Assembly: GCA_963812605.1 (NCBI GenBank)
Contig: CAWEWF010000007.1
Span: 32,001 to 96,000, forward strand
DNA: 64,000 nt
DNA from: an uncultured Verrucomicrobiae bacterium
GTDB taxonomy: Bacteria > Verrucomicrobiota > Verrucomicrobiia > Palsa-1439
Direction: 5' to 3'
Shown here: one piece after another, positions 19,717 to 29,286 of the stretch
Layout: the number at the start of each line of letters is the position of its first letter
Numbering within the stretch: the first letter of the stretch is position 1
Program-made: the position numbers and the translations under genes
Notes under the pieces: model-generated
The model's input: the letters and a program-made list of their open reading frames with translations, nothing else
Databases searched by the model: none
What the model was told of the DNA's origin: nothing

Positions 19717-20351
19717 TCAGGTGTCCAGGTTCGCAAAGGCGGTCTTCATTTCATTCATGTCGGGTGTCCAGGGCAGGCCCGTGACCCAGATCACCGTTAC
19801 ACCGGCGTCTTCGGAATCAAATGCCGTTGCGGCCGAATGAGGGACGGGGGTCTTCAACTGCTCGATCTGGGCAAAACCTCCGGGGCGGGCACGGCAGCCG
19901 TTACTTCAGGCGCGCGACGAACTTCTACCTCTACGCGCTGAAAGACTGGTCCAGGCACGCCAGCCGTTACTTCGGGCGCGCGGTGAACTGTCTGCATGAA
20001 CCAAACCGCCCCAAAAGCCGCGACGACCAAAGCTGCAGCGGTCGCCATCGCGAATTGATGTTGCCGCAACCACTCAGTCAACACCAGCCGGGGCAGCGGA
20101 ACCTCGACGGACTCGCTGCCTCGCCGCTGGATTTCTGTTTTCACTTTTGACCAGAAGAATTCGGGTGAATCACTCATCGCCGCCGCGGGAGGGTTCGCCT
20201 GCAATAGACGGCGCACATGCTGCTGGTGCCGATACTCCAGCGCGCACAACAGGCAAGTGTTGAGGTGGCGTTTCGCGAGCCGAAGGCGCCGGCCTTTCAG
20301 TTCGCCATCCAGCAATCCGGTAACGGCTTCGGTGTTATGGCGGCGGTTCAT
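19717..20351 (-). CDS. Zinc-binding (ZAS) membrane anti-sigma factor; frameshift near 19880
   Basis: LLDGEL...HLNTCLLC, one TM; the frame continues as QIEQLKTP..AGVTVIWVTGLPW..LDT to TGA 19717. Confidence 0.75.
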
Positions 20352-20992
20352 ATCACTTCCTTCAACAATTTCTGCAAGTGTTTCCTGGCATAGTGCAGTC
20401 GTGACATGACCGTGCCAACCGTGCAGCCGGTGACCTTCGCAATGGCCGCGTAATCCAAGCCGTCAAACTCACGGAGTTGAACCACCGCGCGATGTTCGGG
20501 CGACAACTCGCGCAGCGCGGCATCGATCTGCTCGCGCAATTCCCGTCGTTCGGCCTCGTCCACGGGCGAGGGGTTGGTGGAAGGCGGTTCCTGGACGCTG
20601 GCGTCCGTGTCGGGACTGATTCCCTCCTCGAACGGGGTGGTCGGGCGCCGGTCGCGGCGGCGCACGAAATCAATGGCGAGATTGGTCGTGATCCGATAAA
20701 TCCACGTATAAAACGAGGCGCTCTTGCGGAATTTGCGGATCGCCTGCCAGCCGCGGACAAACGCTTCCTGGCAGAGGTCGGTCGCATCCTGCTCGTTGCG
20801 CAGCATGCTAAAGGCGAGTCCGTAGACCTTGCCGCGGTAGCGGCCCACCAACGCCTCATAGGCCTCCAGTTCGCCCCGCTGGCAGCGCTCGACGAGTTCA
20901 CGGTCGTTGAATTCAGGCTGAGAGACTTCATGCGCCGGATTCGACGCATCCGCCACCGAAATATTCACGGGTATTTTGGCCGCGTTTTCCAT
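20348..20992 (-). CDS. ECF RNA polymerase sigma factor
   Basis: DATDLCQEAF, FYTWIYRI, LREFDGLDY..IA, GTVMSRLHYAR. Confidence 0.93.
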   Translation of the reverse strand: MENAAKIPVNISVADASNPAHEVSQPEFNDRELVERCQRGELEAYEALVGRYRGKVYGLAFSMLRNEQDATDLCQEAFVRGWQAIRKFRKSASFYTWIYRITTNLAIDFVRRRDRRPTTPFEEGISPDTDASVQEPPSTNPSPVDEAERRELREQIDAALRELSPEHRAVVQLREFDGLDYAAIAKVTGCTVGTVMSRLHYARKHLQKLLKEVI

Positions 20993-21038
20993 TAGCTATT
21001 GAACACCCCATGGGCCGCAACCGCGCTCGCCTAGCGCG

Positions 21039-21056
21039 ATGACAGGATTATGACAA
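21039..21056 (-). promoter_or_regulatory. Pho-box-like direct repeat upstream of ECF sigma
   Basis: Coding strand TTGTCATAATCCTGTCAT, i.e. TGTCAT repeated at 11 bp, 46 nt before the ATG. Confidence 0.5.
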
Positions 21057-21238
21057 ATGTCTGGTATATTTTCCATGTCTTTTGTGCGTCCGCAATACCA
21101 CCTTCAAGGAATAGGAGTGCGGCATCCTTACCCTGATGGCCCCGCGACCGTCGAATTCCCAAACCATTCATAACGCGCTACTTGGCTGGGGGGTTCGTTT
21201 CGCAGAAACGCATGTTTTCGAGGCCCTCCCTGTCCGCT

Positions 21239-21341
21239 AGTGGCGCGGGCGTCTCGCCCGTGATCTCCCACATCCGAGTTGAACAGGCGTCCCGCCTGTG
21301 GCCCCCGCCATCGGGTCCGCCAAAGCCTTGGCGACGGCGGA
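21239..21341. repeat. Cluster of REP-like palindromes
   Basis: GTGGCGCGGGCGTCTCGCCCGTG (21240), GTTGAACAGGCGTCCCGCCTGTG (21278), GTCCGCCAAAGCCTTGGCGACGGCGGA (about 21316). Confidence 0.6.
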
Positions 21342-21506
21342 TGAAAATTGGGCGTTAAGTGTTTCATGTTGAACAGCCCGCCCCGAATTCTTTTCGGGGT
21401 TCATTTGTTTCCCCGAACCTACCCCACGCCATCACCCGTGTCCAGCAGAATTATCGATTAACGATATTTGCGGACTTGGCTGCGTGGCCAGAAGGGTGCG
21501 CTTGAG

Positions 21507-21587
21507 GGGAGTGTGTAGGTTGATTGGTCTAAAGCCCTGCCGCTGTCACGGCAGAGGTTGCGGGTTCGAGCCCCGTCACTCCCGCCA
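21507..21587 (+). tRNA. tRNA-Asp(GTC) with irregular 5' half
   Basis: Acceptor GGGAGTG/CACTCCC-G-CCA, T arm GCGGG-TTCGAGC-CCCGT, anticodon stem CTGCC/GGCAG around CTGTCAC; extra bases in D region and anticodon loop. Confidence 0.8.
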
Positions 21588-21654
21588 ATTTCCTTTTCAG
21601 GATGTTCGGTGTCAGCCTGTGATAAATCCCACCTAGTTTACTCAAATCCCTTTG

Positions 21655-22203
21655 TTAAGCCTGTCCAACGCGTGAAAGAATGTCCCACTTTGTCATGTTA
21701 AATTCAGACTGGCTCAATGCCCCGGTCTGGTATGCGCGATAGAGCTTTGCGACCCGTTCGATTGCGTCGGCTTGTCTGTCCTTCGGTTTACCCAAAATCG
21801 CGATCTTTGCGCGTTCCCACTCTTCCGCTGTCAAAGCGCCTAGCTGAACCAACCGGGCCAACTTCTCCAGTTCGTCTGCGATTCCTGATGGTGGGACAGC
21901 GCCCTCCAGCCTTTGAACCAAGGTGTTTGCTGCTTCGTGTGCCGTGCGAATCCGTTCTTCCGCGCTGGCAGAGCCGTGATACATTTCCATAAGCTCTCTG
22001 CCGCGAGGGGTATCTATCGGCACAAGTTGGGAATGAGAACAAGCCGAGCACAAGTCTCTGACCGTACTGCTTGGTGCGTTGAATGATTTTCTAACCGAGC
22101 CGCAATTACCGCAAATGTAACGGTATTCGGTGATATCAATACGATAATACCAGCCTGCCAAGAGCAGTAAACACGCCACAGCGATAACGATAGTCAGTAG
22201 CAC
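21655..22203 (-). CDS. Membrane-anchored zinc-ribbon protein with two SHOCT-like domains
   Basis: N-terminal TM, CGNC..CSAC, DELEKLARLVQLGALTAEEWERAK and KLYRAYQTGALSQSEFNMTK. Confidence 0.7.
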   Translation of the reverse strand: MLLTIVIAVACLLLLAGWYYRIDITEYRYICGNCGSVRKSFNAPSSTVRDLCSACSHSQLVPIDTPRGRELMEMYHGSASAEERIRTAHEAANTLVQRLEGAVPPSGIADELEKLARLVQLGALTAEEWERAKIAILGKPKDRQADAIERVAKLYRAYQTGALSQSEFNMTKWDILSRVGQA

Positions 22204-22420
22204 GAGCGCCTTTCAGCTTCCTGATGATAGAAGCTCCGAGGTTCGTAAACAATCCCGAATTCTCCCGAACACCCGACGAGGCCATACGACAATAATGAAA
22301 ACCGTCCGAAGTTGATAAATTTTTAAGAGTATGGGGGTACCGTTTTTTCATTTTATACGGCGTGGTTGATTTTCGCTGCCGTATCTTGGAGAATCCGTTA
22401 CGAGACAAAGAGAGCACCCG

Positions 22421-22986
22421 ATGGATATTTCGTTCAGTTGTGGCACTTGTGGCAAACACCTTGTTGTCGATGAAGCGGGAGCAGGAATCACGATCGACTG
22501 CCCCGGATGCGGGAAACCGGTTTTTGTACCGAGCACTTCGTCGCAGGACGGACCAGTTCGAGTTGAAGTTAAATCAACCGGGTATAAAGCAAGTGCGGTT
22601 CCAGCGATGCACAGCCACCCCCTTGTTCCATCGTTCTCAAGCCAAACGCAACCTGATGTTCATCCCTCAATTGATGGGGGCATCTACTGCCTAATTATTC
22701 TGACTATGATTCAGATTGTTGGATTCGTGGTGGTACGGCAAAATTTTCTGTGGTCGGGGGTATTCATGGCTGCAGACATGCCTTTTGTAGCTGCGCCTTT
22801 ATTATGCGCTGTTTATGGCATGTGCATCGGACACGTTCGACACGGACTTCTTCTCGTACCGGGCTGGCGTTGATTCTAGGCCTTTCATACTGGTTAATGT
22901 TCCAGCCGCTGGTACAGCCTAGTGGTGCTGATATTCAAAGGCAGATGGAAAACATGCAGAAGCAAATACAGAACATGTTCAAGTAA
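22421..22986 (+). CDS. Zinc-ribbon membrane protein; frameshift near 22860
   Basis: MDISFSCGTCGKHL..CPGCG..VFVP then TMs; continues as GLALILGLSYWLMF..KQIQNMFK. Confidence 0.6.
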
Positions 22987-23110
22987 AGCTCGCAGTCGAG
23001 GCGCTACGCTCTGCGAATTCGGGCAGGCCTTGTAGACCCGCACCGATTGTGGTACGAGGGGAATATTTCCTGCTGATGGGGTCAGACCGGTATTCGTGAC
23101 ATTCTTGCGC

Positions 23111-23130
23111 GGACTCATTCGCGTCCCTAC
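23111..23130 (-). repeat. Degenerate GTAG-type REP-like hairpin
   Basis: Minus strand GTAGGGACGCGAATGAGTCC, between convergent genes. Confidence 0.35.
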
Positions 23131-23136
23131 CGAGTG

Positions 23137-25260
23137 TCAACTTACGGAAGGCGGGGTGGCGGGGCGCTGGGGGACGAAGGTTTGGTAGCGATCTTTCTGC
23201 GCCTGCTTGGCGGCTTCGCGGGCTTCCTCGAAGAAGATTTGCTGGGAACGGGCCGCCTTCGCCGGGCTGGAGGGCTGCAATCTTTCATGGCGACCATCCG
23301 ACAGGAGCTCGCGCGCTTTGACGTTGTCCTGGAAGGTCATTCGCAAGATGGAAATCAGCCGGGCCTGGGACGTGGGCTCCTCGACCGGCACGAGCAGTTC
23401 GACGCGGCGGTCGAGGTTGCGCGGCATCCAGTCGGCGCTGGAAATAAAAACGAGCGGTTCGCCGCCATGATGGAAATACAGGATGCGGCTGTGTTCGAGG
23501 AAGCGGTCCACGATGCTGACCACGCGGATGTTCTCGCTGAGTTTCGGCACGCCGGGCCGCAGGCAGCAGATGCCGCGAACGTTGAGTTGGATCTGCACGC
23601 CCTGTTGCGACGCGCGGTACAGGGCCTGGATGATATCCTCGTCCACGAGCGAGTTGAGCTTGGCCATGATGTGGCCCTGTTGACCTTCCTTGCGGCGCTG
23701 CGCTTCGCTCTCGATCAGGGCCAGCAGCCGCGCGCGCAATCCCAGCGGCGCCGCTTCGATGCGCTGGTATTTGATCGGCTGCGAGTAGGCGGTGATTGTA
23801 TTGAAAAACTGCGTCGCGTCCGCGCCAAAGTCCTCGCTACACGTCATCAAGCTCACGTCACTGTACAGCCGCGCCGTGACTTCGTTGTAGTTCCCGGTCC
23901 CGAAATGCACATAGCGGCGAATGCCGCTCGGCTCGCGGCGGACGACGATGCAGATTTTGGCGTGCACCTTCAGCCCGCGCAGCCCGTAGATGATCTGGAC
24001 CCCGGACTGCTCCAGCGCCTGCGCCCAATCGATGTTGCGGGCCTCGTCGAAGCGGGCCTTCAATTCCACAACGACGGTGACGTGCTTGCCTTTGTCAGCC
24101 GCCCGCGCCAGCGCGGCGACAATCGGGCTGCTGCCGCTGGTGCGATAAAGGATTTGCTTGATCGCCAGCACGTCAGGATCGTCCGCCGCCTGTTCCAACA
24201 GGCGCACGACGGGCTCGAAACTCTCGTACGGATGAAAGAGCAGGATGTCGCGGCGTGTGATGGCCTCGAACATCGATTCGCCCGGTGCGATCAGGGGAGA
24301 CGGTTGCGGCGGCCACGGTTCGTACTTCAGTTTTTCGAAGCCGGCCCTTCCCGCCAGTTCGCGATACGCCGCCAGGTCGAGGGGCCCCGCGATCTCATAA
24401 ATCTGGTCGTCATTGACCTGGAGCGCCTGCTTGAGGAAAGACAAAGCGGTCGGCGAGATGTTGCGGCCAACTTCCAGGCGCACGCAACCGCTGCGCTTGC
24501 GCGCATCCAGCACCTCGCGCATTTGCGAGAGAAGATCACCGGCCAGGTCTTCGCGGACGAGGAGGTCCGCGTTACGGGTAATGCGGAACGGCACGCATTC
24601 ACTGATGAATTCGCCGGGAAAGAGTTTTTCCCGGAACATCGAAACGACATCCTCCAGCAGCGTGTAGTCGTAGCCCTCCTGGTTCACCGGCACCGTGATG
24701 AAGCGGCTGAGGCGTTTCGGCAGCGTGACGACGGCGAAGCGGGGTTTGCGCGAGCGGGCCGTCGTGGGATTGAGTTGCACCAGCAGATCCAGGCCGAGAC
24801 CGAGCAACAGCGGGAAATCCGTTGCGTCAACCGCCCGGGGTGTGAGGATCGGGTAAATCTCGCGCTCGAAAAGCCGTTCCAGGTACTCGGCGTATTCCGG
24901 TCCGATCTGGTCAGGCAATAGGCGACGAATTCCTGCATCCGCAAGCTTGGGTTCGATGTCCTGCGAAAAACACGCGCACTGTTCGGCCACGAGTTGGTGT
25001 GTCCGCTGGCTGATTTCGAGGAGTTGCTCGCGCGTGGTCAGCCCGGCGGGATCGAACAGCCGCTTCCCTTCGTTGAGCAGATGCTGCAGGCCACCTACGC
25101 GCACCATGAAGAACTCGTCCAGGTTCGTGCTGGTGATCGAAAGGAATTTCAGTCGTTCGAGCAAGGGGACGGATGAGTCAATGGCTTCTTCGAGCACCCG
25201 TCGATTAAACTCAAGCCAGCTCAACTCGCGGTTGAGGAAGAGATCGCTGCCCTTAGCCAT
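23137..25260 (-). CDS. ppk1: Polyphosphate kinase 1
   Basis: NRELSWLEFN, NLDEFFMVRV, HPYESF, ELKARFDE, KVHAK, GTGNYN, DRFLEHSR, SADWMPRNLDRRVE. Confidence 0.97.
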   Translation of the reverse strand: MAKGSDLFLNRELSWLEFNRRVLEEAIDSSVPLLERLKFLSITSTNLDEFFMVRVGGLQHLLNEGKRLFDPAGLTTREQLLEISQRTHQLVAEQCACFSQDIEPKLADAGIRRLLPDQIGPEYAEYLERLFEREIYPILTPRAVDATDFPLLLGLGLDLLVQLNPTTARSRKPRFAVVTLPKRLSRFITVPVNQEGYDYTLLEDVVSMFREKLFPGEFISECVPFRITRNADLLVREDLAGDLLSQMREVLDARKRSGCVRLEVGRNISPTALSFLKQALQVNDDQIYEIAGPLDLAAYRELAGRAGFEKLKYEPWPPQPSPLIAPGESMFEAITRRDILLFHPYESFEPVVRLLEQAADDPDVLAIKQILYRTSGSSPIVAALARAADKGKHVTVVVELKARFDEARNIDWAQALEQSGVQIIYGLRGLKVHAKICIVVRREPSGIRRYVHFGTGNYNEVTARLYSDVSLMTCSEDFGADATQFFNTITAYSQPIKYQRIEAAPLGLRARLLALIESEAQRRKEGQQGHIMAKLNSLVDEDIIQALYRASQQGVQIQLNVRGICCLRPGVPKLSENIRVVSIVDRFLEHSRILYFHHGGEPLVFISSADWMPRNLDRRVELLVPVEEPTSQARLISILRMTFQDNVKARELLSDGRHERLQPSSPAKAARSQQIFFEEAREAAKQAQKDRYQTFVPQRPATPPSVS

Positions 25261-26873
25261 CGGCCACCAGCCCCTTGGTCGATTCCGCGTTGCGGACGAC
25301 GGCTTTCATTCCAAAAACCTCCTCGAACAAGTTGCCCTTTTCCTTCAGCGCGAGCCGCTCCAGCGTGAGGTCCACGGCATCACTGATGGAAATGACAAAC
25401 TGGCCGGGCTCACGGGAGAATGTCAGCGCGCGCTTCTGTTGCATGTGGTCGCGATCCAGCGCGTCGGCCACCCGGAGGATGGCCGCCATTTTCGCCACTG
25501 CGATACGGCTGTCGCGGTCGAGTGTCGTATATTCCTCGTGGTAGGGGCGCGGCGTGGCGCGGCGGTGATAACGGGCCACCAGCGCGATGAGTGCGATATC
25601 TTTCCGGGTCAGCCCAAACAACTCGCTGTTCATGATGATATACATGGAGTGCTTGTGATGGCTGCGATCGCCGATGAACATTCCCACTTCATGCAGCAGC
25701 GCCGCGATCTTCAGCAGCAGTTCAAAGCGTTTCTCGAGGCGATGCTCCGGCTGCAGTTCATGGAACAGGCGAATGCTCAATTCAGCGACCTGCTGCGAAT
25801 GTTTTTCATCGAAGGCGTATTTTGCGCCCAGCGCGAGCGCGGATTGGACCGCCTGCTCGGAAAAGCCCTCGGTCCAGGTGCCGCCGGCCGCCATTTCCTT
25901 CAGCAAACCCTCGCGCAGGCTCGATTTCGGCACGAGGATTTGCTTCACATGGAATGCGTCCGCCAAATGCGAGTAGGCCAGAAGCGCGGGGCCGACGGTT
26001 TCCGCTTCCTGGTAGGGGATGCGGTATTTGCGCACGAGTTCGTCAACGGTGGTCGGGACGAGTTGTTCGGTGAGCGCGGAAAATGTTTTCACGTTCACGG
26101 AACTGATTCGCACGTCGGCCCAGTTGGGAGAAAGGAGCGAGGCGGCGAACTGCGCATCGCCCGAAATCGCGACCATGTAGCGGACCTTGTCAACGGGCAC
26201 ATTGCGATGCAACTGGTCGACCATGCGGTTAATGTGCTGGTCGAGAATCGTGCGCACGCGCTCGGCCGGCGCGCGAAACGTCTCCAGTGTCTCGCGCATG
26301 CGGAGCGAGCCAAGACGATAACTGTTGGCGAACGTGACGCTGCCCTTTTGCGTCAACACCAGTTCGGTGCTCCCACCGCCCACGTCGACAATGATGGCGT
26401 CCGCATTTTTCAAGGAGCCATCCTGTTGCAGCACGTCCTGCACGGCGATATACGTCAGGCGGTTCTCCTCGGTGCCCTCGATAACTTCCACATTGATCTG
26501 GGTGGACATATAGAGGCGATCGACAAAGGCGTAACGGTTTTCCGCCTCGCGCACGGCGCTGGTGGCCACGGCGCGAATCTGGTCGTCGCGCGTGACACCG
26601 TACTCGGCCATCACATCGCCGGAACCCCAGCAACACTTTGATGCAATCCTCAATGGTCGAGGCCTGGATGCGGCCAGTGCTGAACGTGTCCTTGCCGAGC
26701 CGCAGCGCTTGCTGGAGGGAATCGAGGTTGCGAACCTCACCATGCGGGCCGATCTCGGCAATGCGCATGCGGATGGCGCTTGCCCCGATGTCGATGACCG
26801 CGACGGGCCGCGCGCCGGGGGTCGTGCGCGTCATCGTACTGGATCGTGCTGTTTTGTCCTTGGGATCGTTCAT
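25253..26873 (-). CDS. ppx: Exopolyphosphatase Ppx/GppA with HD domain; frameshift near 26618
   Basis: VIDIGASAIR, ATSAVREAEN, DVGGGSTE, SLREG, LLHEVG..HHKHS. Confidence 0.9.
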
Positions 26874-26881
26874 GGCGGGCG

Positions 26882-27874
26882 TCAATCCCGCGGGTTTCGT
26901 TTGTACTCGGCGGCGAGAGCCGCGGCGCCCATCACCACCGCGTTATCGCCGAGTTTCGCGACGACCACTTTCAATGATTTTGTGAAGGGACGCATTGCCT
27001 GTTTTTTGATCGAAGCACGAACCTGCTGGACGTACAGGCCCGGCATGGCTTCCACGAGACCACCGCCGAGAACAACCATATCAGGTGCGAGCAAATTCAC
27101 AACACTGCCAATGGCAATTCCGAGGTCTTTTGCGGAATGGCTGACGATTTCTTCGATGGCGAGGTCGCCCGCCTTGATCGCGGAAGCCACCGCCCCGCTG
27201 CGAATCCCTGCCATGTCGGTGCCGGCGAGTTCCAACAGATGCGGGGCTTCCCCACGGTACGCGGCCGCCCCCGCTTCCGCGGCAATCGCCAGGCGGCTGG
27301 CAACAGTCTCGAGACAACCACGCCGGCCGCACCCGCACAGGCGGCCTTTCGGCTGCATATGGATGTGGCCGATTTCCATGCAGGAACCCGTGCGACCACG
27401 AAAGAGTTTGCCCTCGTATACGAGTCCGCCGCCGATGCCGGTGCCGGGAAACACGCCGAGCAGGCAGCGCACGCCCTGGCCCGCGCCAAAGTGGTATTCA
27501 CCGTACGTGCCCGCATCCACGTCGTTAGCGACGATGACGGGGCAGCCAAAATCCTTGGTCAGTTCTTTCTTCAGCGGCAAGTTGCGCAAGCCAAGGTTCG
27601 GCGCGAGGAGAACGACGCCGCGGTCCAGGTCGAGCCAACCCGGGCAGCCGATGCCGATCGCGCCAAGTTGTCGGTGGTCGAGGTGCGCAGCCTGCAACGC
27701 TTCCTCGACCGTTTCAACAATGCGCCCAAGCACGCCTTTGGAACCCTTGCCATCCTTGGTTTTCTTGCGTCGGTAGGCAACGATGTTGAAGTCCTTGTCA
27801 AACACCGTGGCCATCATCTTGGTCCCGCCCAGGTCGAAGCCCAACCAGTAGCGGTTCTTGGAAGACGATTTCAT
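26882..27874 (-). CDS. ROK family sugar kinase (glucokinase-like)
   Basis: DLGGTK, NDVDAG, GTGIGGG, EIGH, CGCGRRGCLE. Confidence 0.9.
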   Translation of the reverse strand: MKSSSKNRYWLGFDLGGTKMMATVFDKDFNIVAYRRKKTKDGKGSKGVLGRIVETVEEALQAAHLDHRQLGAIGIGCPGWLDLDRGVVLLAPNLGLRNLPLKKELTKDFGCPVIVANDVDAGTYGEYHFGAGQGVRCLLGVFPGTGIGGGLVYEGKLFRGRTGSCMEIGHIHMQPKGRLCGCGRRGCLETVASRLAIAAEAGAAAYRGEAPHLLELAGTDMAGIRSGAVASAIKAGDLAIEEIVSHSAKDLGIAIGSVVNLLAPDMVVLGGGLVEAMPGLYVQQVRASIKKQAMRPFTKSLKVVVAKLGDNAVVMGAAALAAEYKRNPRD

Positions 27875-27946
27875 CCGTTCTCCTTATTTGTCGTAAAAAT
27901 GGTCCACGCCGGCCGACCGGGCGGCCAGCGACGGTTGCGGCGCCGG

Positions 27947-28603
27947 CTATTCGTTCTGGTGACGAATATCGCGCCCTTCGTAGAGATAGACAATATCTTC
28001 CGCAATATTTGTGGCGTGGTCGGCGATGCGCTCCAGGTTGTGGGCGACACTCATCAAATTCAGGCAGCGGGTAATGGTGTGTGGATCTTCAATCATGAAA
28101 CTGGTCAACTCGCGATGGAGCTGGCGATTGAGGAGGTCAACCTTCTCATCGCGCTTGATAATCGCGCGCGCCAAATCCGGTTTCGCGTAAACAAACGCGT
28201 CGAGCGAATCGTGAATCATGCCCTGCGCATGATCGGCCATGCGCGGAATATCCACCAGCGGTTTCAAGAGCGGTTCACGGTTCAACTCTTCGGCCCGGTG
28301 GGCGATGTTCACAGCCTGGTCGCCGATGCGTTCCAACTCTCCGGAAAGTCTCATGGCCATCGTGATAAAGCGCAGATCGGTCGCTGTGGGCTGGCCAAGC
28401 CCAAGGAGTTTGATCGAATGGCCATCGATATCAATCTCCAGTTTGTCGAGCACGGCATCGTCGGCGTCAACCTTTTTTGCCAGTGCGTCATCGCGGTGGA
28501 CGAGCGCCTTAAGCGCTTGGGCGACGCTTTGTTCGGTGAAACCCGCCATGCGCAGCAGATTTTCCTTCAAGTCCGCGAGTTCTTGATCGAAGTTGCGGTT
28601 CAT
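27947..28603 (-). CDS. phoU: Phosphate signalling protein PhoU
   Basis: QPTATDLR, ELERIGDQA.NIA, LERIADHATNIAE. Confidence 0.95.
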   Translation of the reverse strand: MNRNFDQELADLKENLLRMAGFTEQSVAQALKALVHRDDALAKKVDADDAVLDKLEIDIDGHSIKLLGLGQPTATDLRFITMAMRLSGELERIGDQAVNIAHRAEELNREPLLKPLVDIPRMADHAQGMIHDSLDAFVYAKPDLARAIIKRDEKVDLLNRQLHRELTSFMIEDPHTITRCLNLMSVAHNLERIADHATNIAEDIVYLYEGRDIRHQNE

Positions 28604-28612
28604 AATCAGCGA

Positions 28613-28642
28613 AATCTTCCGTTTGTGTAATCTTCCGTTTGT
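28613..28642. repeat. Tandem 14-nt direct repeat in the phoU leader
   Basis: AATCTTCCGTTTGT twice, period 16. Confidence 0.8.
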
Positions 28643-28705
28643 TTATTCGAGGAATTGGTGAAGAGCCTGACCGTTTTTTTCGATCGTGACTACTATCCAC
28701 TGTCG

Positions 28706-28743
28706 GTTACGTTTGTGTTACGGTTTTGTTTCGGGCCCGTCAT
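28706..28743 (-). promoter_or_regulatory. Pho-box-like 11-bp periodic array upstream of phoU
   Basis: + strand GTTAC/GTTAC/GTTTC/GTCAT at 28706, 28717, 28728, 28739. Confidence 0.6.
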
Positions 28744-28794
28744 ATCGGCGTCGATGGCCCTTCCGAACTGGCAAAGATGCAGTCGGGACACGGA

Positions 28795-29208
28795 CTACGG
28801 AGTCGAAGGCCCACGAACACGCATAGGTCGCAACAACGATTCGACGCGCGCCAGCAGTTCGGGCATCGCGAACGGTTTGGTCATATAGTCGTTCGCGCCG
28901 AGCTTGAAGCCCTGCACCTTGTTTTCGGTTGAGGCTGCGGCGGTCAACATAAACACCGAGATGTGTCGGGTCGATGGACTGGTCTTCAACATTCGGCAGA
29001 CTTCGAACCCATGGACCTTCGGCAGCATCAAGTCGAGGATCACCAGGTCAGGACGACGTTCAAAGCTAAGGTTCAGCGTGCTCGCACCGTCCGATGCAAC
29101 GGTGGTATGATACCCGCGTCGTTGCAAGTGAAACTGCAACAGATTCGCCGTATCCGGCTCATCTTCAGCAATAAGTATCGATTTGAGCTTTGGCACTGGG
29201 TCACACAC
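28795..29208 (-). CDS. Single-domain response regulator (PhoB-like receiver only)
   Basis: ILIAEDE, LDLMLP, LTA, GANDYMTKPF; no output domain. Confidence 0.85.
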   Translation of the reverse strand: MCDPVPKLKSILIAEDEPDTANLLQFHLQRRGYHTTVASDGASTLNLSFERRPDLVILDLMLPKVHGFEVCRMLKTSPSTRHISVFMLTAAASTENKVQGFKLGANDYMTKPFAMPELLARVESLLRPMRVRGPSTP

Positions 29209-29286
29209 AACTTAGGATGCAGCCAGCGGCAGACGACAACGCGACGATCAGGTTACGGCCAGGTTAAATCGACCACCCGGGGAGGG

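Noticed and set aside
21128-21367. 79-aa ORF containing GRDARAT and FLRNEP
   Set aside because: Reads through REP-like repeats; likely a translation artefact
21507-21587. Idea that the 8-nt-loop tRNA suppresses the window's frameshifts
   Set aside because: The shifts are of both signs and not consistently at Asp codons
21590-23130. Intact prophage or integrative element at tRNA-Asp
   Set aside because: No integrase, phage genes or duplicated tRNA 3' end found
23134-28630. Long + strand ORFs (595, 564, 404, 497 aa) opposite ppk1/ppx/ROK/phoU
   Set aside because: Antisense shadows of GC-rich genes with no recognisable motifs
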